Source: Bacteroidia bacterium (GTDB lineage: Bacteria; Bacteroidota; Bacteroidia; Bacteroidales; VadinHA17). From it: a stretch of DNA of 28,409 nt. Below, in pieces: positions 1 through 11,482 of this stretch; positions within the stretch are counted from its first letter, which is position 1; each line of letters opens with the position of its first letter. Made by a program: the position numbers and the translations under genes. The stretch spans positions 1 to 28,409 of the forward strand of contig JAPLDX010000109.1 in assembly GCA_026391215.1 (NCBI GenBank). Reading direction: 5' to 3'. Under the pieces are notes generated by a model. That model saw only the letters and a list, made by a program, of their open reading frames with translations. It did not search any database and was not told where the DNA came from.

Positions 1-297
1 AGCAAGGCGAGATTCTTCAGAAACCAGGAAAAACTGAAAGAGATACATATTGAGCAGGATCTGAACAAAGCTTTAGTTAATGCTGAAGCTGTAATTTTCG
101 CCGTTCCTCACAAAGCATATCAGAATCTGGATCCTGAAAAAGTTGTTAAATTAATAGGACATCCTGCAGCAATCATTGATTGTTTCGGAATCCTTACAGA
201 TGATAATATAAGACGTTATTTCCAGCTTGGCTGTGAGGTCAAGGGACTTGGACGCGGTCATATTCAGCGAATTAAGGACGAAATACGCAAAGGATAG
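1..297 (+). CDS. 3' end (partial) of UDP-glucose/GDP-mannose dehydrogenase family protein, C-terminal nucleotide-sugar binding domain
   Basis: Frame 1 is open from base 1 to TAG at 295-297: ...ALVNAEAVIFAVPHKAYQNLDPEKVVKLIGHPAAIIDCFGIL...GCEVKGLGRGHI...; 'AVIFAVPH' and 'IIDC...KGLGRG' resemble the family's C-terminal motifs. Not in the ORF track. Confidence 0.75.
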   Translation, partial: SKARFFRNQEKLKEIHIEQDLNKALVNAEAVIFAVPHKAYQNLDPEKVVKLIGHPAAIIDCFGILTDDNIRRYFQLGCEVKGLGRGHIQRIKDEIRKG

Positions 298-401
298 AAT
301 ATGCCTATAATTAATATTATGTCAAATAGCAATAATTATAATATAGAGAAAGATAATCAGAGAAACGAATTGTATCCACTACCCTTTTGTGCGATAAATT
401 G

Positions 402-435
402 AAAAAAAAGAGGGATGCTAACCTGTATCCCTCTT
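402..435 (-). terminator. Intrinsic terminator for gyrA-TPR (possibly bidirectional)
   Basis: AAGAGGGATGC(408-418)-TAACCT-GTATCCCTCTT(425-435) stem; the A-tract at 402-409 reads as a U-tract on the minus strand; lies between convergent genes. Confidence 0.8.
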
Positions 436-456
436 CTATTATATCATGATAAGATT

Positions 457-1632
457 TTATTTCTGTTCAGCAGCGCTAAGTTTTGCCCTGATTTCATCAT
501 ACTTGGTACTTAATGAAGGATCCTTTTGTTTCAGTCTGTAATATAATTCAGACAGGCTTCTCATCGTATAAATATCATTGGGATTTAGCTCATGAGCTTT
601 TTCCATATAAGGAAGTGCTTTTGCATATACTGCATTTGCAACATCAACTGCCTTGGTGTATTCCTTCACATCCATGATGTCATTAGCCTTAAGTATCATA
701 TCAGCTGCCTTGTTAATATATGCAGCACCAAGGCCATATTGAGAATCAAAAAGATCTGATTTGAGTTCAACTGATTTGGTGAGCTCAGAAATTGCTTCAT
801 CAAATTTCTCCTGGTTGAGGAACATGATACCGGTTGCAAAATAAAGACTGAAATTGTTTGGATCAATCTCCTTTGCGACTTTTATATATTTGAGCGCTTC
901 ATCAAATTTGCCACTTTTCAGATACAGATCGATCAGCTGAAGAGTAATTGTATTATCACCGGGGAATTTATTAGGCAGATCAAGAAGGTACGCTTCCGCC
1001 TTGACAGTATCACCCTGTCCCAAAACACTTTCATAGATCTGATAATACGGGGAAATTCCCATATATTTCATTTCAGCGCATGTTTCAAAGAATTTAATAG
1101 CTGCATCATATTTTTTGCAATTGACTGCAGCAAGTCCTGCATTATAATACATACCGGTGTCAATAATTCCGGCATATTTATCACTTTCAGTTATTTGGAT
1201 TTGCGTTTCAAAGGATTTAAGCGCTCCTTCATACTCCTGTGCCTCGAAGTGCTTGCTCCCCTGGGCATAAAGGTCAAGAGCCAGTGAATTATAGATCATA
1301 TTGGTTATGATCCTCTTCTTTATTCCACCCTTAGTATCAAGTTCCATAGCTTTTTCGTAGGCAGCGTAGGCTTCTCCCAGAGGATCAGAAAAATACGAAT
1401 TGAATTTTGGATTATCAGCTTCATATACCGCCTGGGCCAGCTTACCTTTAGCAAAATATGTATTAAACCAATTCTTTGACTTCTCGTTTGCAAAGGCCTG
1501 GTCAAGGGATTCCTTGGCTTTATCAAGAGCACCCTGATCAATGAAACTAAGGGCACTGGTTACTTTTCCCTTTTGTGCCATCGCCCCTAACGAGATACTT
1601 ATAACAGCTATCAGCAGAAAAATCTTTTTCAT
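457..1632 (-). CDS. Secreted tetratricopeptide repeat protein
   Basis: Sec signal peptide (MKKIFLLIAVISISLGAMAQ) and several TPR-like helices (YYNAGLAA, A..Y.EKA.EL.P); this position downstream of gyrA is common in Bacteroidota. Confidence 0.85.
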   Translation of the reverse strand: MKKIFLLIAVISISLGAMAQKGKVTSALSFIDQGALDKAKESLDQAFANEKSKNWFNTYFAKGKLAQAVYEADNPKFNSYFSDPLGEAYAAYEKAMELDTKGGIKKRIITNMIYNSLALDLYAQGSKHFEAQEYEGALKSFETQIQITESDKYAGIIDTGMYYNAGLAAVNCKKYDAAIKFFETCAEMKYMGISPYYQIYESVLGQGDTVKAEAYLLDLPNKFPGDNTITLQLIDLYLKSGKFDEALKYIKVAKEIDPNNFSLYFATGIMFLNQEKFDEAISELTKSVELKSDLFDSQYGLGAAYINKAADMILKANDIMDVKEYTKAVDVANAVYAKALPYMEKAHELNPNDIYTMRSLSELYYRLKQKDPSLSTKYDEIRAKLSAAEQK

Positions 1633-1692
1633 GATTATAATTTTAATTTGTTTAGTTTTTCTAATAATTTTTCAAATGTATAACATTACTTA

Positions 1693-4215
1693 TTAATCTT
1701 CAAATTCTTTGCCATTTTCCTCAGTTTTCTCATTATTTTCATCTGAACCGTTTTTTTCTTCTTCTTCCTCGTCATTAACTTCAACACATGCAACAGATGC
1801 TATAGTATCATTCTCCTTCAGATTGATCAGCCTTACTCCCTGCGTTGCGCGGCCCATAACCCGTAGAGCTGAGACAGGGCTTCTCAGTATATTTCCTGAT
1901 TGTGTAATTATCATAAGATCATGATTATCAGTAACATCCTTAAGAGCAATAAGGGAACCTGTCTTTTCAGTTATGTTTATGGTCTTCACTCCTTTCCCTC
2001 CACGGTTGGTGATTCTGTAACCATCTATATCTGACCTTTTTCCGTATCCTTTTTCAGCCACTACCAGGATATCCTTTTCCTTATTCTCAACTGTGATCAT
2101 GCCAATTACGAAATCTGATTTTTCATCAGCCAGCCTGATACCCCTCACACCTGATGCAGTTCTTCCCATTGGTCTTACAGAGGCTTCAGGGAACCGGATA
2201 GCTCGTCCGGATTTGACAGCCAGCATTATGTGATGTTTACCGTTTGTCATTCTTGCTTCAAGAAGCTCGTCACCCTCCCGTATAGTAATGGAATTTACTC
2301 CATTTACCCTGGGCCTGGAATATGCCTCAAGTGATGTCTTTTTAATGATCCCCTTCTGTGTGCAAAGCACAATATAATTATTATTGATATAATCCGAATC
2401 ATTCAGATTCTTGACATTGATATATGCTCTTACATTATCGTCAGGCTCAATATTTATAAGGTTTTGCATTGCCCTTCCCTTTGAGGTACGGGAGCCTTCT
2501 GGTATATTATAAACTTTCAGCCAGTAGCATTTACCCTTGCTTGTAAAGAAAAGCATGGTGTTGTGCATTGTTGCTATATAAAGGTGTTCAATAAAATCTT
2601 CATCCCTGGTTGTCCCTCCCTTTGCACCTGTTCCTCCCCTGTTCTGTCTTCTGAAATCAGTCAGGGGTGTTCTTTTAATATACCCCATGTGCGAAATTGT
2701 AATCACCATTTCCTCATCGGCATAAAAGTCCTCGGGATTGAACTCTTCGGCATTCGGTATTATTTCTGTGCGTCTTTTATCTCCATATTTTTCCTTTACT
2801 TCCAGCAGTTCATCCTTTATTATCTTCATCTGCAGCTCTGTACTGGCAAGGATATTTTTCAGGTAGTCAATTAAATCCATGATTTCCTTAAATTCGGCAC
2901 GCAGCTTGTCCTGTTCAAGTCCGGTGAGCTGGCGAAGTCTCATTTCAACTATGGCTCGGGCCTGAATGTCGGAAAGACCAAATCGTTCCATGAGCTTTTC
3001 CCTTGCCATGTCGGGGGTTTGGGATGATTTAATGAGAGCTATTACCTCGTCTATATTATCGCTGGCAATTATCAGTCCTTCAAGTATATGCGCCCTCTTT
3101 TCAGCCTGATCCAGATCATACCTTGTCCTTCTTACAATTACATCGTGCCGGTGGTTTACGAAATAGTGGATAAGTTCCTTGGTATTGAGCATCCTGGGCC
3201 GGCCTTTGACGAGTGCAATATTGTTTACACTGAATGCGGTTTGCAGTGAAGAAAATTTATACAGGTGATTAAGAACGACATTTGCACTTGCATCTTTCTT
3301 CAGTATAATGACAATCCTCATTCCGTTCCTGTCAGATTCATCATTGATATATGATATCCCTTCAAGCTTTTTTTCATTTATAAGGTCAGCGATCTTGCGG
3401 ATCATTTCGGCCTTATTGACCATATAAGGAATTTCAGTTACAATAATGCATTCCCTTCCTGAATGTGTCAGCTCAATTTCGGTTTTAGCCCTCATCACGA
3501 TTCTTCCCCTGCCTGTTTCACAGGCTTCCCTGATACCCTGTTCGCCGTAAATAATACCACCTGTCGGAAAATCTGGTCCCTTGATATATTTTAACAATTC
3601 ATCTGTTGTTATATCGTTGTTGTCGATATAAGCAACTGTTGCATCAATGATCTCTCTCAGATTATGGGGAGCCATATTGGTTGCCATACCTACGGCAATT
3701 CCTGATGCTCCGTTAAGCAGGAGATTCGGGATCCGTGTAGGCAGCACTGTTGGTTCCTGGAGTGAATCATCGAAGTTAGGCTGAAAATCCACTGTCCCCT
3801 TATCAATATCAGCAAGCGTTTCTTCAGCAATCTTCCTTAGCCGGGCTTCAGTATAACGCATAGCTGCAGGACTGTCGCCGTCTACTGAGCCAAAGTTTCC
3901 CTGACCGTCGACAAGCGGATACCTCATTGACCAGTCCTGTGCCAACCTTACCATTGCATCATAAACCGAAGTATCGCCATGAGGATGGTATTTACCCAGC
4001 ACCTCTCCCACTATTCTTGCTGATTTCTTGTAACCTTTATTTGAAAGAACACCCAGTTCCGACATCCCGAAAAGCACACGGCGATGTACCGGTTTAAGCC
4101 CGTCTCTCACATCAGGTAAAGCTCTTGATACAATAACCGACATTGAATAGTCAATATAGGCCGATTTCATCTCCTCCTCAATGTTTACCTTTACTATCCT
4201 TTCTCTTTCCGCCAT
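1693..4215 (-). CDS. gyrA: DNA gyrase subunit A
   Basis: [29 protein letters not shown] (catalytic Tyr), GyrA-box-like QNRGGTG and C-terminal beta-pinwheel repeats. Confidence 0.98.
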   Translation of the reverse strand: MAERERIVKVNIEEEMKSAYIDYSMSVIVSRALPDVRDGLKPVHRRVLFGMSELGVLSNKGYKKSARIVGEVLGKYHPHGDTSVYDAMVRLAQDWSMRYPLVDGQGNFGSVDGDSPAAMRYTEARLRKIAEETLADIDKGTVDFQPNFDDSLQEPTVLPTRIPNLLLNGASGIAVGMATNMAPHNLREIIDATVAYIDNNDITTDELLKYIKGPDFPTGGIIYGEQGIREACETGRGRIVMRAKTEIELTHSGRECIIVTEIPYMVNKAEMIRKIADLINEKKLEGISYINDESDRNGMRIVIILKKDASANVVLNHLYKFSSLQTAFSVNNIALVKGRPRMLNTKELIHYFVNHRHDVIVRRTRYDLDQAEKRAHILEGLIIASDNIDEVIALIKSSQTPDMAREKLMERFGLSDIQARAIVEMRLRQLTGLEQDKLRAEFKEIMDLIDYLKNILASTELQMKIIKDELLEVKEKYGDKRRTEIIPNAEEFNPEDFYADEEMVITISHMGYIKRTPLTDFRRQNRGGTGAKGGTTRDEDFIEHLYIATMHNTMLFFTSKGKCYWLKVYNIPEGSRTSKGRAMQNLINIEPDDNVRAYINVKNLNDSDYINNNYIVLCTQKGIIKKTSLEAYSRPRVNGVNSITIREGDELLEARMTNGKHHIMLAVKSGRAIRFPEASVRPMGRTASGVRGIRLADEKSDFVIGMITVENKEKDILVVAEKGYGKRSDIDGYRITNRGGKGVKTINITEKTGSLIALKDVTDNHDLMIITQSGNILRSPVSALRVMGRATQGVRLINLKENDTIASVACVEVNDEEEEEKNGSDENNEKTEENGKEFED

Positions 4216-4343
4216 AACATATTAATAATTAAATAATTACATAAGCAAAATCCCTTAATGTATTTAAGTTACGAAAATAGTGATTATTTGCCTATTTTTG
4301 AGCTTTTCAGAGAGTGAATTTTTAACATTTGTTGTTCATAAAT

Positions 4344-4436
4344 GGGCATAATTATTGCCATACATAAAAATGGCATAATTTAACTTTGATCTTTCATTAA
4401 TATGTACTTTTGTCGGAAAGTATCTGACAGAATGGC
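4344..4436 (+). promoter_or_regulatory. clpC promoter region: two Bacteroidota -7 elements plus a GG-N10-GC (sigma54-like) palindrome
   Basis: TAACTTTG 4381-4388 and TACTTTTG 4405-4412 match TAnnTTTG; GGCATAATTATTGCC at 4345-4359. Confidence 0.55.
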
Positions 4437-4475
4437 CGGCAGAAGGTAACTAAAAGATTATTACACATTTAATAT

Positions 4476-7019
4476 ATGGATTCACAGTTTTCACAAAAGG
4501 TAAAGGATATTCTGGGTTACAGCAAGGAAGAAGCTATAAGGCTGGGGAACAGCCATATAAGCCCTGAACATCTTTTCCTCGGCATTTTAAGGGATGGTGA
4601 GGGGGTTGCGGTTGAAATACTTATCAGCCAGGGTATAGATCTGATGGTATTAAAGGGATCTCTTGAGAAAAGCATTAAGGTTGAGAGTCCTGTTCCTGTA
4701 GCAGATCATGAGGTCATACCTCTTTTGAGAAGCACTGAGAGGATCCTTAAGCTTGTATATCTTGAAGCAAAGGCTTTAAAAAGCGTCACAATTGAATCCG
4801 AGCACCTGCTGCTGGCAATTCTTAAGGATGAAAATGCCCTTGTTACCAGGTTCCTGTCTGAAATGGATGTTGATTACCAGTCAGTGAAGAGAATGGTAGA
4901 AGCCGGATCTCCCAGCTCAAAAGCTGACTATCCCCATGATGAAGATGATGAAGGACAGAGTTTCGGTCCCCAGGGTAAAGGCCAGTCCGGTTCTTCCTCG
5001 TCCCCTAAATCCTCATCTGACACGCCTGTTCTTGATAACTTCGGCATAGATCTGACAAAAGCAGCCGAAGAAGGACGTCTTGATCCTGTTGTAGGAAGAG
5101 AGCGTGAGATAGAAAGACTGGCCCAGATACTCTCACGAAGAAAGAAAAACAACCCGGTCCTTATCGGCGAACCCGGAGTAGGTAAGTCGGCTATCGCTGA
5201 GGGCCTTGCCCTGAGAATTTCTCAGAAGCACGTATCACGGGTATTGTTCAACAAACGAGTTGTCGCACTTGATCTGGCATCCATAGTTGCCGGGACAAAA
5301 TACAGGGGACAATTCGAGGAGAGAATGAAGGCTATACTTAATGAACTTTCAAAAAATGACAATATTATCCTGTTCATAGATGAGATTCATACTATTGTAG
5401 GCGCAGGCGGGGCAACAGGCTCACTTGATGCTGCCAATATGCTGAAACCGGCGCTGGCAAGAGGTGAAATACAATGCATCGGAGCAACCACTCTGGATGA
5501 ATACAGACAGCATATTGAAAAAGACGGAGCCCTGGAAAGAAGATTTCAGAAAATTCTGGTTGATCCCACCACCATTGAGGAAACATTGCTAATTCTACAC
5601 AATATTAAAGGAAGGTACGAAGAGCATCATAATGTGATATATACAGATGAAGCTATTGATGCTTGCGTGAAGCTTACAAACCGCTACATCTCTGACAGGC
5701 ACCTTCCCGATAAGGCCATTGATGCACTTGATGAATCAGGTTCAAGGGTACATATCTCCAATATTGTCGTTCCGGAAAAGATACTGACACTGGAAAAGCA
5801 GCTAGAGGATACAAAAAAAGAGAAGATGACTGCTGTCAAAAACCAGAATTTTGAAAAAGCAGCAAGCTTCCGGGATCGTGAGAAGGACCTCCTTGATGCA
5901 ATTGACCTTGAGAAGAAAAAGTGGGAAAAAGAACTTGCTGTTAACCGGGAAACTGTTGATGCAGATAAAGTTGCTGAAGTAGTAGCAATGATGACAGGTG
6001 TTCCTGTGCAGAGAATTGCACAGACTGAAGGCACAAGGCTGCTCCAGATGGCTGATGAACTTAAAGGTAGTGTAATAGGCCAGGACGAGGCAATCCAGAA
6101 AATAGTAAAATCGATCCAGAGAAACAGGGCTGGACTTAAAGATCCAAATAAACCTATAGGTACATTTATTTTTCTTGGTCCTACCGGTGTAGGAAAAACA
6201 CAGCTAGCAAAGGTCCTTGCCAAGTTTCTGTTCGACACAACAGACAATCTTGTAAGGATAGATATGAGCGAATATATGGAGAAATTTTCCGTTTCACGGC
6301 TTGTCGGAGCACCTCCTGGATATGTGGGATATGAGGAAGGAGGCCAGCTTACGGAGAAAGTGAGAAGGAAACCTTACTCGGTTGTTCTTCTGGACGAGAT
6401 TGAGAAAGCTCACCCTGATGTTTTCCATATCCTACTGCAGGTGCTTGATGAAGGCCAGCTTACCGACAGCCTGGGACGACGTGTTGACTTCAGGAATACA
6501 ATAGTGATCCTGACTTCCAACATCGGAACCAGGCAGATTTCTGAGTTCGGTCACGGAATAGGGTTTGATACGCAGGCGAAAAAATCAACAAGGGATGAAC
6601 AAACCAGAAGTATTCTTCAGAAAGCGCTTCAAAAGACCTTCGCGCCTGAGTTTCTTAACAGGATTGACGATGTTGTAATGTTCAATTCCCTGGGGAAAGA
6701 AGAGATTAACAAGATTATTGATCTCGAGCTTAAAGGATTGTTTGACAGGGTCCAATCTCTTGGTTATCAGCTGAAGATCGCCCCAGCTGCCAGGGATTAT
6801 ATTGCCGAGAGAGGCTTTGATGCCAACTACGGAGCCAGGCCGCTGAAAAGAGCAATACAGAAATATCTTGAAGATCCGATGGCAGAAGTGCTGATCAAAG
6901 CCGGTAAAAGCGATGGTGATATAATAAATGTAGGATTCAACAGCGCCAAATCGGAGATTAAGATCAAGATACAGAAGAAGAAAGAGTCAGATGATAAGAC
7001 GGATGATTCCGAGGAATAA
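4476..7019 (+). CDS. clpC: ATP-dependent Clp protease ATP-binding subunit ClpC
   Basis: Clp-N repeats, two AAA+ modules (GEPGVGKS / FIDEIH; GPTGVGKT / LLDEIEKAH), UVR-type middle domain ([15 protein letters not shown]), IGF loop (GIGF). Confidence 0.95.
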   Translation: MDSQFSQKVKDILGYSKEEAIRLGNSHISPEHLFLGILRDGEGVAVEILISQGIDLMVLKGSLEKSIKVESPVPVADHEVIPLLRSTERILKLVYLEAKALKSVTIESEHLLLAILKDENALVTRFLSEMDVDYQSVKRMVEAGSPSSKADYPHDEDDEGQSFGPQGKGQSGSSSSPKSSSDTPVLDNFGIDLTKAAEEGRLDPVVGREREIERLAQILSRRKKNNPVLIGEPGVGKSAIAEGLALRISQKHVSRVLFNKRVVALDLASIVAGTKYRGQFEERMKAILNELSKNDNIILFIDEIHTIVGAGGATGSLDAANMLKPALARGEIQCIGATTLDEYRQHIEKDGALERRFQKILVDPTTIEETLLILHNIKGRYEEHHNVIYTDEAIDACVKLTNRYISDRHLPDKAIDALDESGSRVHISNIVVPEKILTLEKQLEDTKKEKMTAVKNQNFEKAASFRDREKDLLDAIDLEKKKWEKELAVNRETVDADKVAEVVAMMTGVPVQRIAQTEGTRLLQMADELKGSVIGQDEAIQKIVKSIQRNRAGLKDPNKPIGTFIFLGPTGVGKTQLAKVLAKFLFDTTDNLVRIDMSEYMEKFSVSRLVGAPPGYVGYEEGGQLTEKVRRKPYSVVLLDEIEKAHPDVFHILLQVLDEGQLTDSLGRRVDFRNTIVILTSNIGTRQISEFGHGIGFDTQAKKSTRDEQTRSILQKALQKTFAPEFLNRIDDVVMFNSLGKEEINKIIDLELKGLFDRVQSLGYQLKIAPAARDYIAERGFDANYGARPLKRAIQKYLEDPMAEVLIKAGKSDGDIINVGFNSAKSEIKIKIQKKKESDDKTDDSEE

Positions 7020-7025
7020 CACATT

Positions 7026-7054
7026 GTTGAGCGTAGTTTAAAACTACACTCAAC
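7026..7054. terminator. Hairpin between convergent clpC and rimO, probable bidirectional terminator
   Basis: GTTGAGCGTAGTT-TAA-AACTACACTCAAC, a 13-bp stem with one C/A mismatch (U-G wobble on the minus strand), followed by TCGTTTT on plus. Confidence 0.65.
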
Positions 7055-7079
7055 TCGTTTTATATCAGCTTTGCTCAGC

Positions 7080-8375
7080 TCAAACAGGTTTCCCGAATAA
7101 ATCAAAATCAACTGATTGTGTGATGAACACCTGGCAAAAATTACCTGGTGTAAGATTGTATTCCACGGGAATGAGCACTTCCTGGTCGACTTCCGGACTG
7201 TCAAATTCAGTCCTTCCGGCAAAAAACTTATCCTCTCTCCTGTCAATGAGTACTTTCATTATTTTCCCGATATGGCCTTCATTGAGTTCAGCAGATATCC
7301 CCTGTTGTATTTCCATTATCTCTGATACTCTTGACTCCTTAACTTCTTCAGGGATCTCATCCTCATAATTATTATATGATGGCGTTCCTTCTTCGTGGGA
7401 ATAAGCAAAAACCCCAAGCCTGTCAAACCTGAATTCCTTTACAAACTCTTTTAACTCAAGAAATTCCTTTTCTGTCTCTCCCGGATGTCCGACTATCAGA
7501 GTAGTACGGATGACTGATCCTGGTATCCCGTTCCGGAGCTTACAGAGAATTTCTTCTGTCTCCCTGCGGTCATGCGATCTTTTCATTAGACTAAGCATTT
7601 TATCGCTGATATGCTGTATCGGAATATCAATATAACGACATATAACCTTATTATCCCTTATAAGCGGAATTAGCTCTTCCGGGAAATCAGCAGGATACAG
7701 ATAATGAAGCCTTATCCATTCAAAATGTTTGATTTTCAGAAGCTCTGAAACCAGGTACGGAAGCTTCTGCGCTTTATAAAGATCATAACCATAGTAACTT
7801 AAATCCTGTGCAACAAGGATCAGCTCTTTCACCCCCATCCCGGCAAGATTTTCAGCCTCTTTTACCACATCTTCAACCGGAAGCGAAACACATTTGCCTC
7901 TTATCGACGGAATAGCACAGAAAGAGCATGTTCTGTCGCACCCTTCTGAGATCTTCAGATATGCATAATGTCCGGGAGTTGTAAGTGTTCTCTCAGTCAT
8001 AAGGTCCTGTCTGAACCTGGTTCCCGTAATTTCCAGGATATCACTGATATTCCTGACACCAAAATACCTGTTCACTTCGGGTATTTCAGCTTTAAGAGCA
8101 TCCATATACCGCTCTGACAGACAACCCATTACGTACAGGTTTCTTATCTTTCCTGATTCTTTTGCCCTGACAAACCTCAAAATTGTATCAATGCTCTCCT
8201 CTTTAGCATCGTTAATAAATCCGCATGTATTTATAATGACAGTATCGGCCGAATAATCGCCGGAATCATGAAGGACATTATAACCACCTGTCTGAAGCTG
8301 TCTCAGAAGCTTTTCGGAATCTACGATATTTTTAGAGCAGCCGAGGGTTACTATATTGATCTTTCTGCGTTTCAT
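7080..8375 (-). CDS. rimO: Ribosomal protein S12 methylthiotransferase RimO
   Basis: TLGCSKNIVDSE, INTCGFI, radical SAM CDRTCSFC after YAYLKISEG, C-terminal TRAM domain (GRTEFDSPEVD). Confidence 0.95.
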   Translation of the reverse strand: MKRRKINIVTLGCSKNIVDSEKLLRQLQTGGYNVLHDSGDYSADTVIINTCGFINDAKEESIDTILRFVRAKESGKIRNLYVMGCLSERYMDALKAEIPEVNRYFGVRNISDILEITGTRFRQDLMTERTLTTPGHYAYLKISEGCDRTCSFCAIPSIRGKCVSLPVEDVVKEAENLAGMGVKELILVAQDLSYYGYDLYKAQKLPYLVSELLKIKHFEWIRLHYLYPADFPEELIPLIRDNKVICRYIDIPIQHISDKMLSLMKRSHDRRETEEILCKLRNGIPGSVIRTTLIVGHPGETEKEFLELKEFVKEFRFDRLGVFAYSHEEGTPSYNNYEDEIPEEVKESRVSEIMEIQQGISAELNEGHIGKIMKVLIDRREDKFFAGRTEFDSPEVDQEVLIPVEYNLTPGNFCQVFITQSVDFDLFGKPV

Positions 8376-8396
8376 AAAGACAATTTATTCCCCTGT

Positions 8397-9356
8397 TTAT
8401 TTACCGGAAGCAAAGAGGGAATCGACGAATTCGGCACGGTTAAATATCAGGAGATCAGTTAATTTTTCACCAATGCCAATATATTTTACAGGTATTTTAA
8501 ACTGGTCGGAAATGCCGATCACTACGCCTCCCTTGGCAGTCCCGTCAAGTTTCGTGATTGCCAATGCAGTCACATCTGTTGCAGCAGTAAACTGCCTTGC
8601 CTGCTCAAACGCATTTTGTCCCGTAGATCCGTCCAGTACGAGGATAACTTCCTGAGGAGCACCCGGGAGAACCTTCTCCATGACCCTCTTTATTTTCGAC
8701 AGTTCAACCATCAGGTTTGCCTTATTGTGAAGCCTGCCGGCTGTATCAATGATAACAACATCATAACCTCCTGCCACTGCAGATCTGACAGTATCAAATG
8801 CAACCGAGGCAGGGTCTGATCCCATCTGCTGCTTTATTACTGATACTCCTGCCCTGTCTGCCCAAATCTGAAGCTGGTCAATAGCAGCAGCCCTGAAAGT
8901 GTCTGCGGCGCCAAGCAGTACTTTTTTACCAGCATTCCTATACTTGAAAGCAAGTTTGGCAATGGTTGTCGTTTTTCCTGAGCCATTAACACCTACGATC
9001 ATTATTACATGCGGTGAGGATCCAAGCGGTGCTGAAAAATCAAATTCAATACCTGCACTGTTATCATCAAGGAGTGCAACGATCTCTTCTTTTAAAATAG
9101 CATTCAGCTCACTGGTATTCAGGTATTTATCTTTTGCAACACGAGCTTCAATACGTTCAATTATCTTCAGTGTGGTTTCGACTCCGACATCAGATGAAAC
9201 CAGCACCTCTTCAAGGTTATCAAGGACTTCGTCATCGACTTTTGACTTTCCCACAACAGCTCTTGAAAGCTTGGTAAAAACGCTCTCCTTGGTTTTTTCA
9301 AGACCCTTGTTGAGACTCTGCTTGTTTTCCCTTGTAAAGAAACCCAGTAAAGCCAT
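8397..9356 (-). CDS. ftsY: Signal recognition particle receptor FtsY
   Basis: GVNGSGKTTT, DTFRAAA, DTAGR, TKLDGTAKGG. Confidence 0.97.
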   Translation of the reverse strand: MALLGFFTRENKQSLNKGLEKTKESVFTKLSRAVVGKSKVDDEVLDNLEEVLVSSDVGVETTLKIIERIEARVAKDKYLNTSELNAILKEEIVALLDDNSAGIEFDFSAPLGSSPHVIMIVGVNGSGKTTTIAKLAFKYRNAGKKVLLGAADTFRAAAIDQLQIWADRAGVSVIKQQMGSDPASVAFDTVRSAVAGGYDVVIIDTAGRLHNKANLMVELSKIKRVMEKVLPGAPQEVILVLDGSTGQNAFEQARQFTAATDVTALAITKLDGTAKGGVVIGISDQFKIPVKYIGIGEKLTDLLIFNRAEFVDSLFASGK

Positions 9357-9376
9357 ATAAGTGAATTATTGAAAAA

Positions 9377-9384
9377 CAAATATA
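9377..9384 (-). promoter_or_regulatory. Bacteroidota sigma-A -7 element for ftsY
   Basis: Minus strand TATATTTG, 20 nt before the ftsY ATG, abutting the upstream terminator U-tract. Confidence 0.6.
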
Positions 9385-9416
9385 AAAAAAGCTTCCTTCG
9401 CAACGAAGAAAGCTTT
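9384..9416 (-). terminator. Intrinsic terminator of rpmB-rpmG-DUF4295
   Basis: Minus strand AAAGCTTTCTTCG-TTG-CGAAGGAAGCTTT then TTTT. Confidence 0.85.
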
Positions 9417-9441
9417 GGATATCTTCCTGTTAATGTTATTG

Positions 9442-9597
9442 TTATTTCTTAGTGAAAAAGTCCTTTATATGATCGTTATGGACTATTTCTTCCTTGAACT
9501 GGTAAGAGCCACTTTTTTCAGACTTAAACATTTTGATGCACTTTGTAAATGTCTTACCGCTACCTGTTTTAAGTGATGCAACAACTTTCTTTGCCAT
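9442..9597 (-). CDS. DUF4295 family small protein (51 aa; missing from the ORF track)
   Basis: MAKKVVASLKTGSGKTFTKCIKMFKSEKSGSYQFKEEIVHNDHIKDFFTKK; conserved Bacteroidota position between rpmG and ftsY. Confidence 0.9.
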   Translation of the reverse strand: MAKKVVASLKTGSGKTFTKCIKMFKSEKSGSYQFKEEIVHNDHIKDFFTKK

Positions 9598-9609
9598 TGT
9601 ATGATTTTT

Positions 9610-9798
9610 TTACTTTATTTCTCTGTGGAGCGTATATTTTTTCAGTACCGGATTGTACTTCATTCTTTCAACTCTGTCAGGAGTATTTTTCCTGTTTTTA
9701 GTAGTGATATATCTTGACATTCCGGGAAGTCCGCTTTCTTTATGCTCGGTACATTCCAGAATTATCTGCTGTCTATTGCCTTTAGCTTTCTTTGCCAT
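9610..9798 (-). CDS. rpmG: 50S ribosomal protein L33
   Basis: [46 protein letters not shown]. Confidence 0.97.
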   Translation of the reverse strand: MAKKAKGNRQQIILECTEHKESGLPGMSRYITTKNRKNTPDRVERMKYNPVLKKYTLHREIK

Positions 9799-9810
9799 TT
9801 TCTATCCTTA

Positions 9811-10053
9811 TTAATAATTCGCAATGTAACCTTTTTTCTTTGCTTCTTTCAGCGCTGAAGTAAGACCTTTCTTGTCTATAAGACGAATGCCTGCAGCTGA
9901 GATCTTGAGTGATATCCATTTCTTCTCTTCCGGAATGTAATATCTTTTTTCAAAAAGATTGGGATAGAATTTCCTTTTGGTCCTTCTTTTTGAATGTGAG
10001 ACGTTGTTCCCGACTATTGCTTTCTTCCCTGTAACCTGACAAATCTTTGACAT
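9811..10053 (-). CDS. rpmB: 50S ribosomal protein L28
   Basis: [30 protein letters not shown]. Confidence 0.97.
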   Translation of the reverse strand: MSKICQVTGKKAIVGNNVSHSKRRTKRKFYPNLFEKRYYIPEEKKWISLKISAAGIRLIDKKGLTSALKEAKKKGYIANY

Positions 10054-10173
10054 TGATGTTTATTTTACTTTTCCGAAATAATGCCTTTAAAAACGAAGCG
10101 CAAAATACGTGATTTTTATCTGATTGACCAAATATTTCAGCTACTTTTTTTAAACAGTGTCAATAATATGGAT

Positions 10174-11415
10174 TTAACGCCTGATTATTTGATTCCTGAG
10201 CAGGCTCAGTGCCGCTGTTGAAAACCTGTCGATGTTCGATATCCTGTCGTACCAGAACAGGTGTTTTTCTGTCACTATTCCCTTCACTGAAGCTACGGCT
10301 ATCCATATAGTTCCCACAGGCTTATCTTCAGTTCCTCCGTCGGGTCCGGCAATTCCTGAGGTGGCTACAGAATAATCGGTTTTTAGCAGTTCCCTTGCCC
10401 CTTTTGCCATCTCTTCGACCACCTCTTCGCTGACAGCTCCATATTTTTCTATCTTAGTCCCGGGGACTTTTAGAACTTCAATTTTTACCTTATTATCATA
10501 GGCTATGACAGATCCTTTATAGTAAGCAGAGCTTCCGGAAATGCTTGTAAGCAGCTGGGCAATCCTGCCTCCTGTACAACTCTCAGCCGTACAGATAGTC
10601 TGTTTCTTTTCCTTCAACAATTTGCCGATGACCATTTCGAACGAATCTTCGTTCTCACTAAAAATCAGTTCCGGAATCATTTTATAAAGCTTTTTGACCT
10701 GTTCTTCGATACTTTTGTCAAGCAGTTTCTTTTCCTGTCCTGTAGCAGTAAGCCTTAATTTAATGATACCTGAACCGGGCAGGTAAGCTATCCTGATCTC
10801 AGGAGGAAGATCTGCCTCAAAGCCGGTGAGAAGTTCAGCAAGTCTGGCCTCAGGCATCCCATATGTCATTATATTCCTGTGGATGATTGCCTGTGAAGTA
10901 AACCGGTGCCCTAATTCCGGAAGGACGTGTTCCGTCATTATATATTTCATCTCATGCGGGACTCCTGGCATTGAAACAAATATCGTTCCCTTATTTTCAA
11001 ACCACATTCCGGGCGCTGTTCCCCTCTCATTTTTAAGTACCCTGCATGATTCCGGTATTTCAGCTTGTCTGCGGTTATTTTCATTCATTGGGAAGTTGCG
11101 TCGTTTCATCATCGTCTCAACCATCTTAAGTACCTCAGCATTTACAACAAGATGTGTATTGAAAAAATCGCAAAGAGTCTGTTTTGTGATATCATCACTG
11201 GTTGGTCCGAGACCACCTGTAATCAGAACCAAATCCGATTTCCCCACAGTATTGCTCAATGCTTCAAGGATATCTTTCCTGGTATCATGAACAGATACTA
11301 TACGATAAACATCGAATCCCAGCCTGCTTAATTCTGCGCCTATCCAGGCAGAGTTCGTATCAATTGTCTGCCCGATAAGCAGTTCATCCCCTATTGTTAA
11401 TATTTCTGCCTTCAT
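10174..11415 (-). CDS. cinA: Competence/damage-inducible protein CinA (MoCF-biosynthesis-like domain + PncC NMN deamidase)
   Basis: IGDELLIGQTIDTN, TGGLGPTSDD, GTAPG, AESCTGG, TSGIAGPDGG. Confidence 0.93.
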   Translation of the reverse strand: MKAEILTIGDELLIGQTIDTNSAWIGAELSRLGFDVYRIVSVHDTRKDILEALSNTVGKSDLVLITGGLGPTSDDITKQTLCDFFNTHLVVNAEVLKMVETMMKRRNFPMNENNRRQAEIPESCRVLKNERGTAPGMWFENKGTIFVSMPGVPHEMKYIMTEHVLPELGHRFTSQAIIHRNIMTYGMPEARLAELLTGFEADLPPEIRIAYLPGSGIIKLRLTATGQEKKLLDKSIEEQVKKLYKMIPELIFSENEDSFEMVIGKLLKEKKQTICTAESCTGGRIAQLLTSISGSSAYYKGSVIAYDNKVKIEVLKVPGTKIEKYGAVSEEVVEEMAKGARELLKTDYSVATSGIAGPDGGTEDKPVGTIWIAVASVKGIVTEKHLFWYDRISNIDRFSTAALSLLRNQIIRR

Positions 11416-11482
11416 GATTATGGAAAAATATAAATTACAAAAATATATTTTGTAAGTTCAACGGACAATTAAATTACAAGAA

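Noticed and set aside
3960-3990. GyrA QRDR reads HGDTSVYD (Thr at the E. coli Ser83-equivalent position)
   Set aside because: Thr is a natural wild-type residue here in many bacteria and the Asp87 equivalent is intact; no evidence of quinolone resistance.
9610-10053. L33 and L28 lacking full zinc-binding Cys sets
   Set aside because: These are the normal Bacteroidota forms in the standard operon, not zinc-starvation paralogues.
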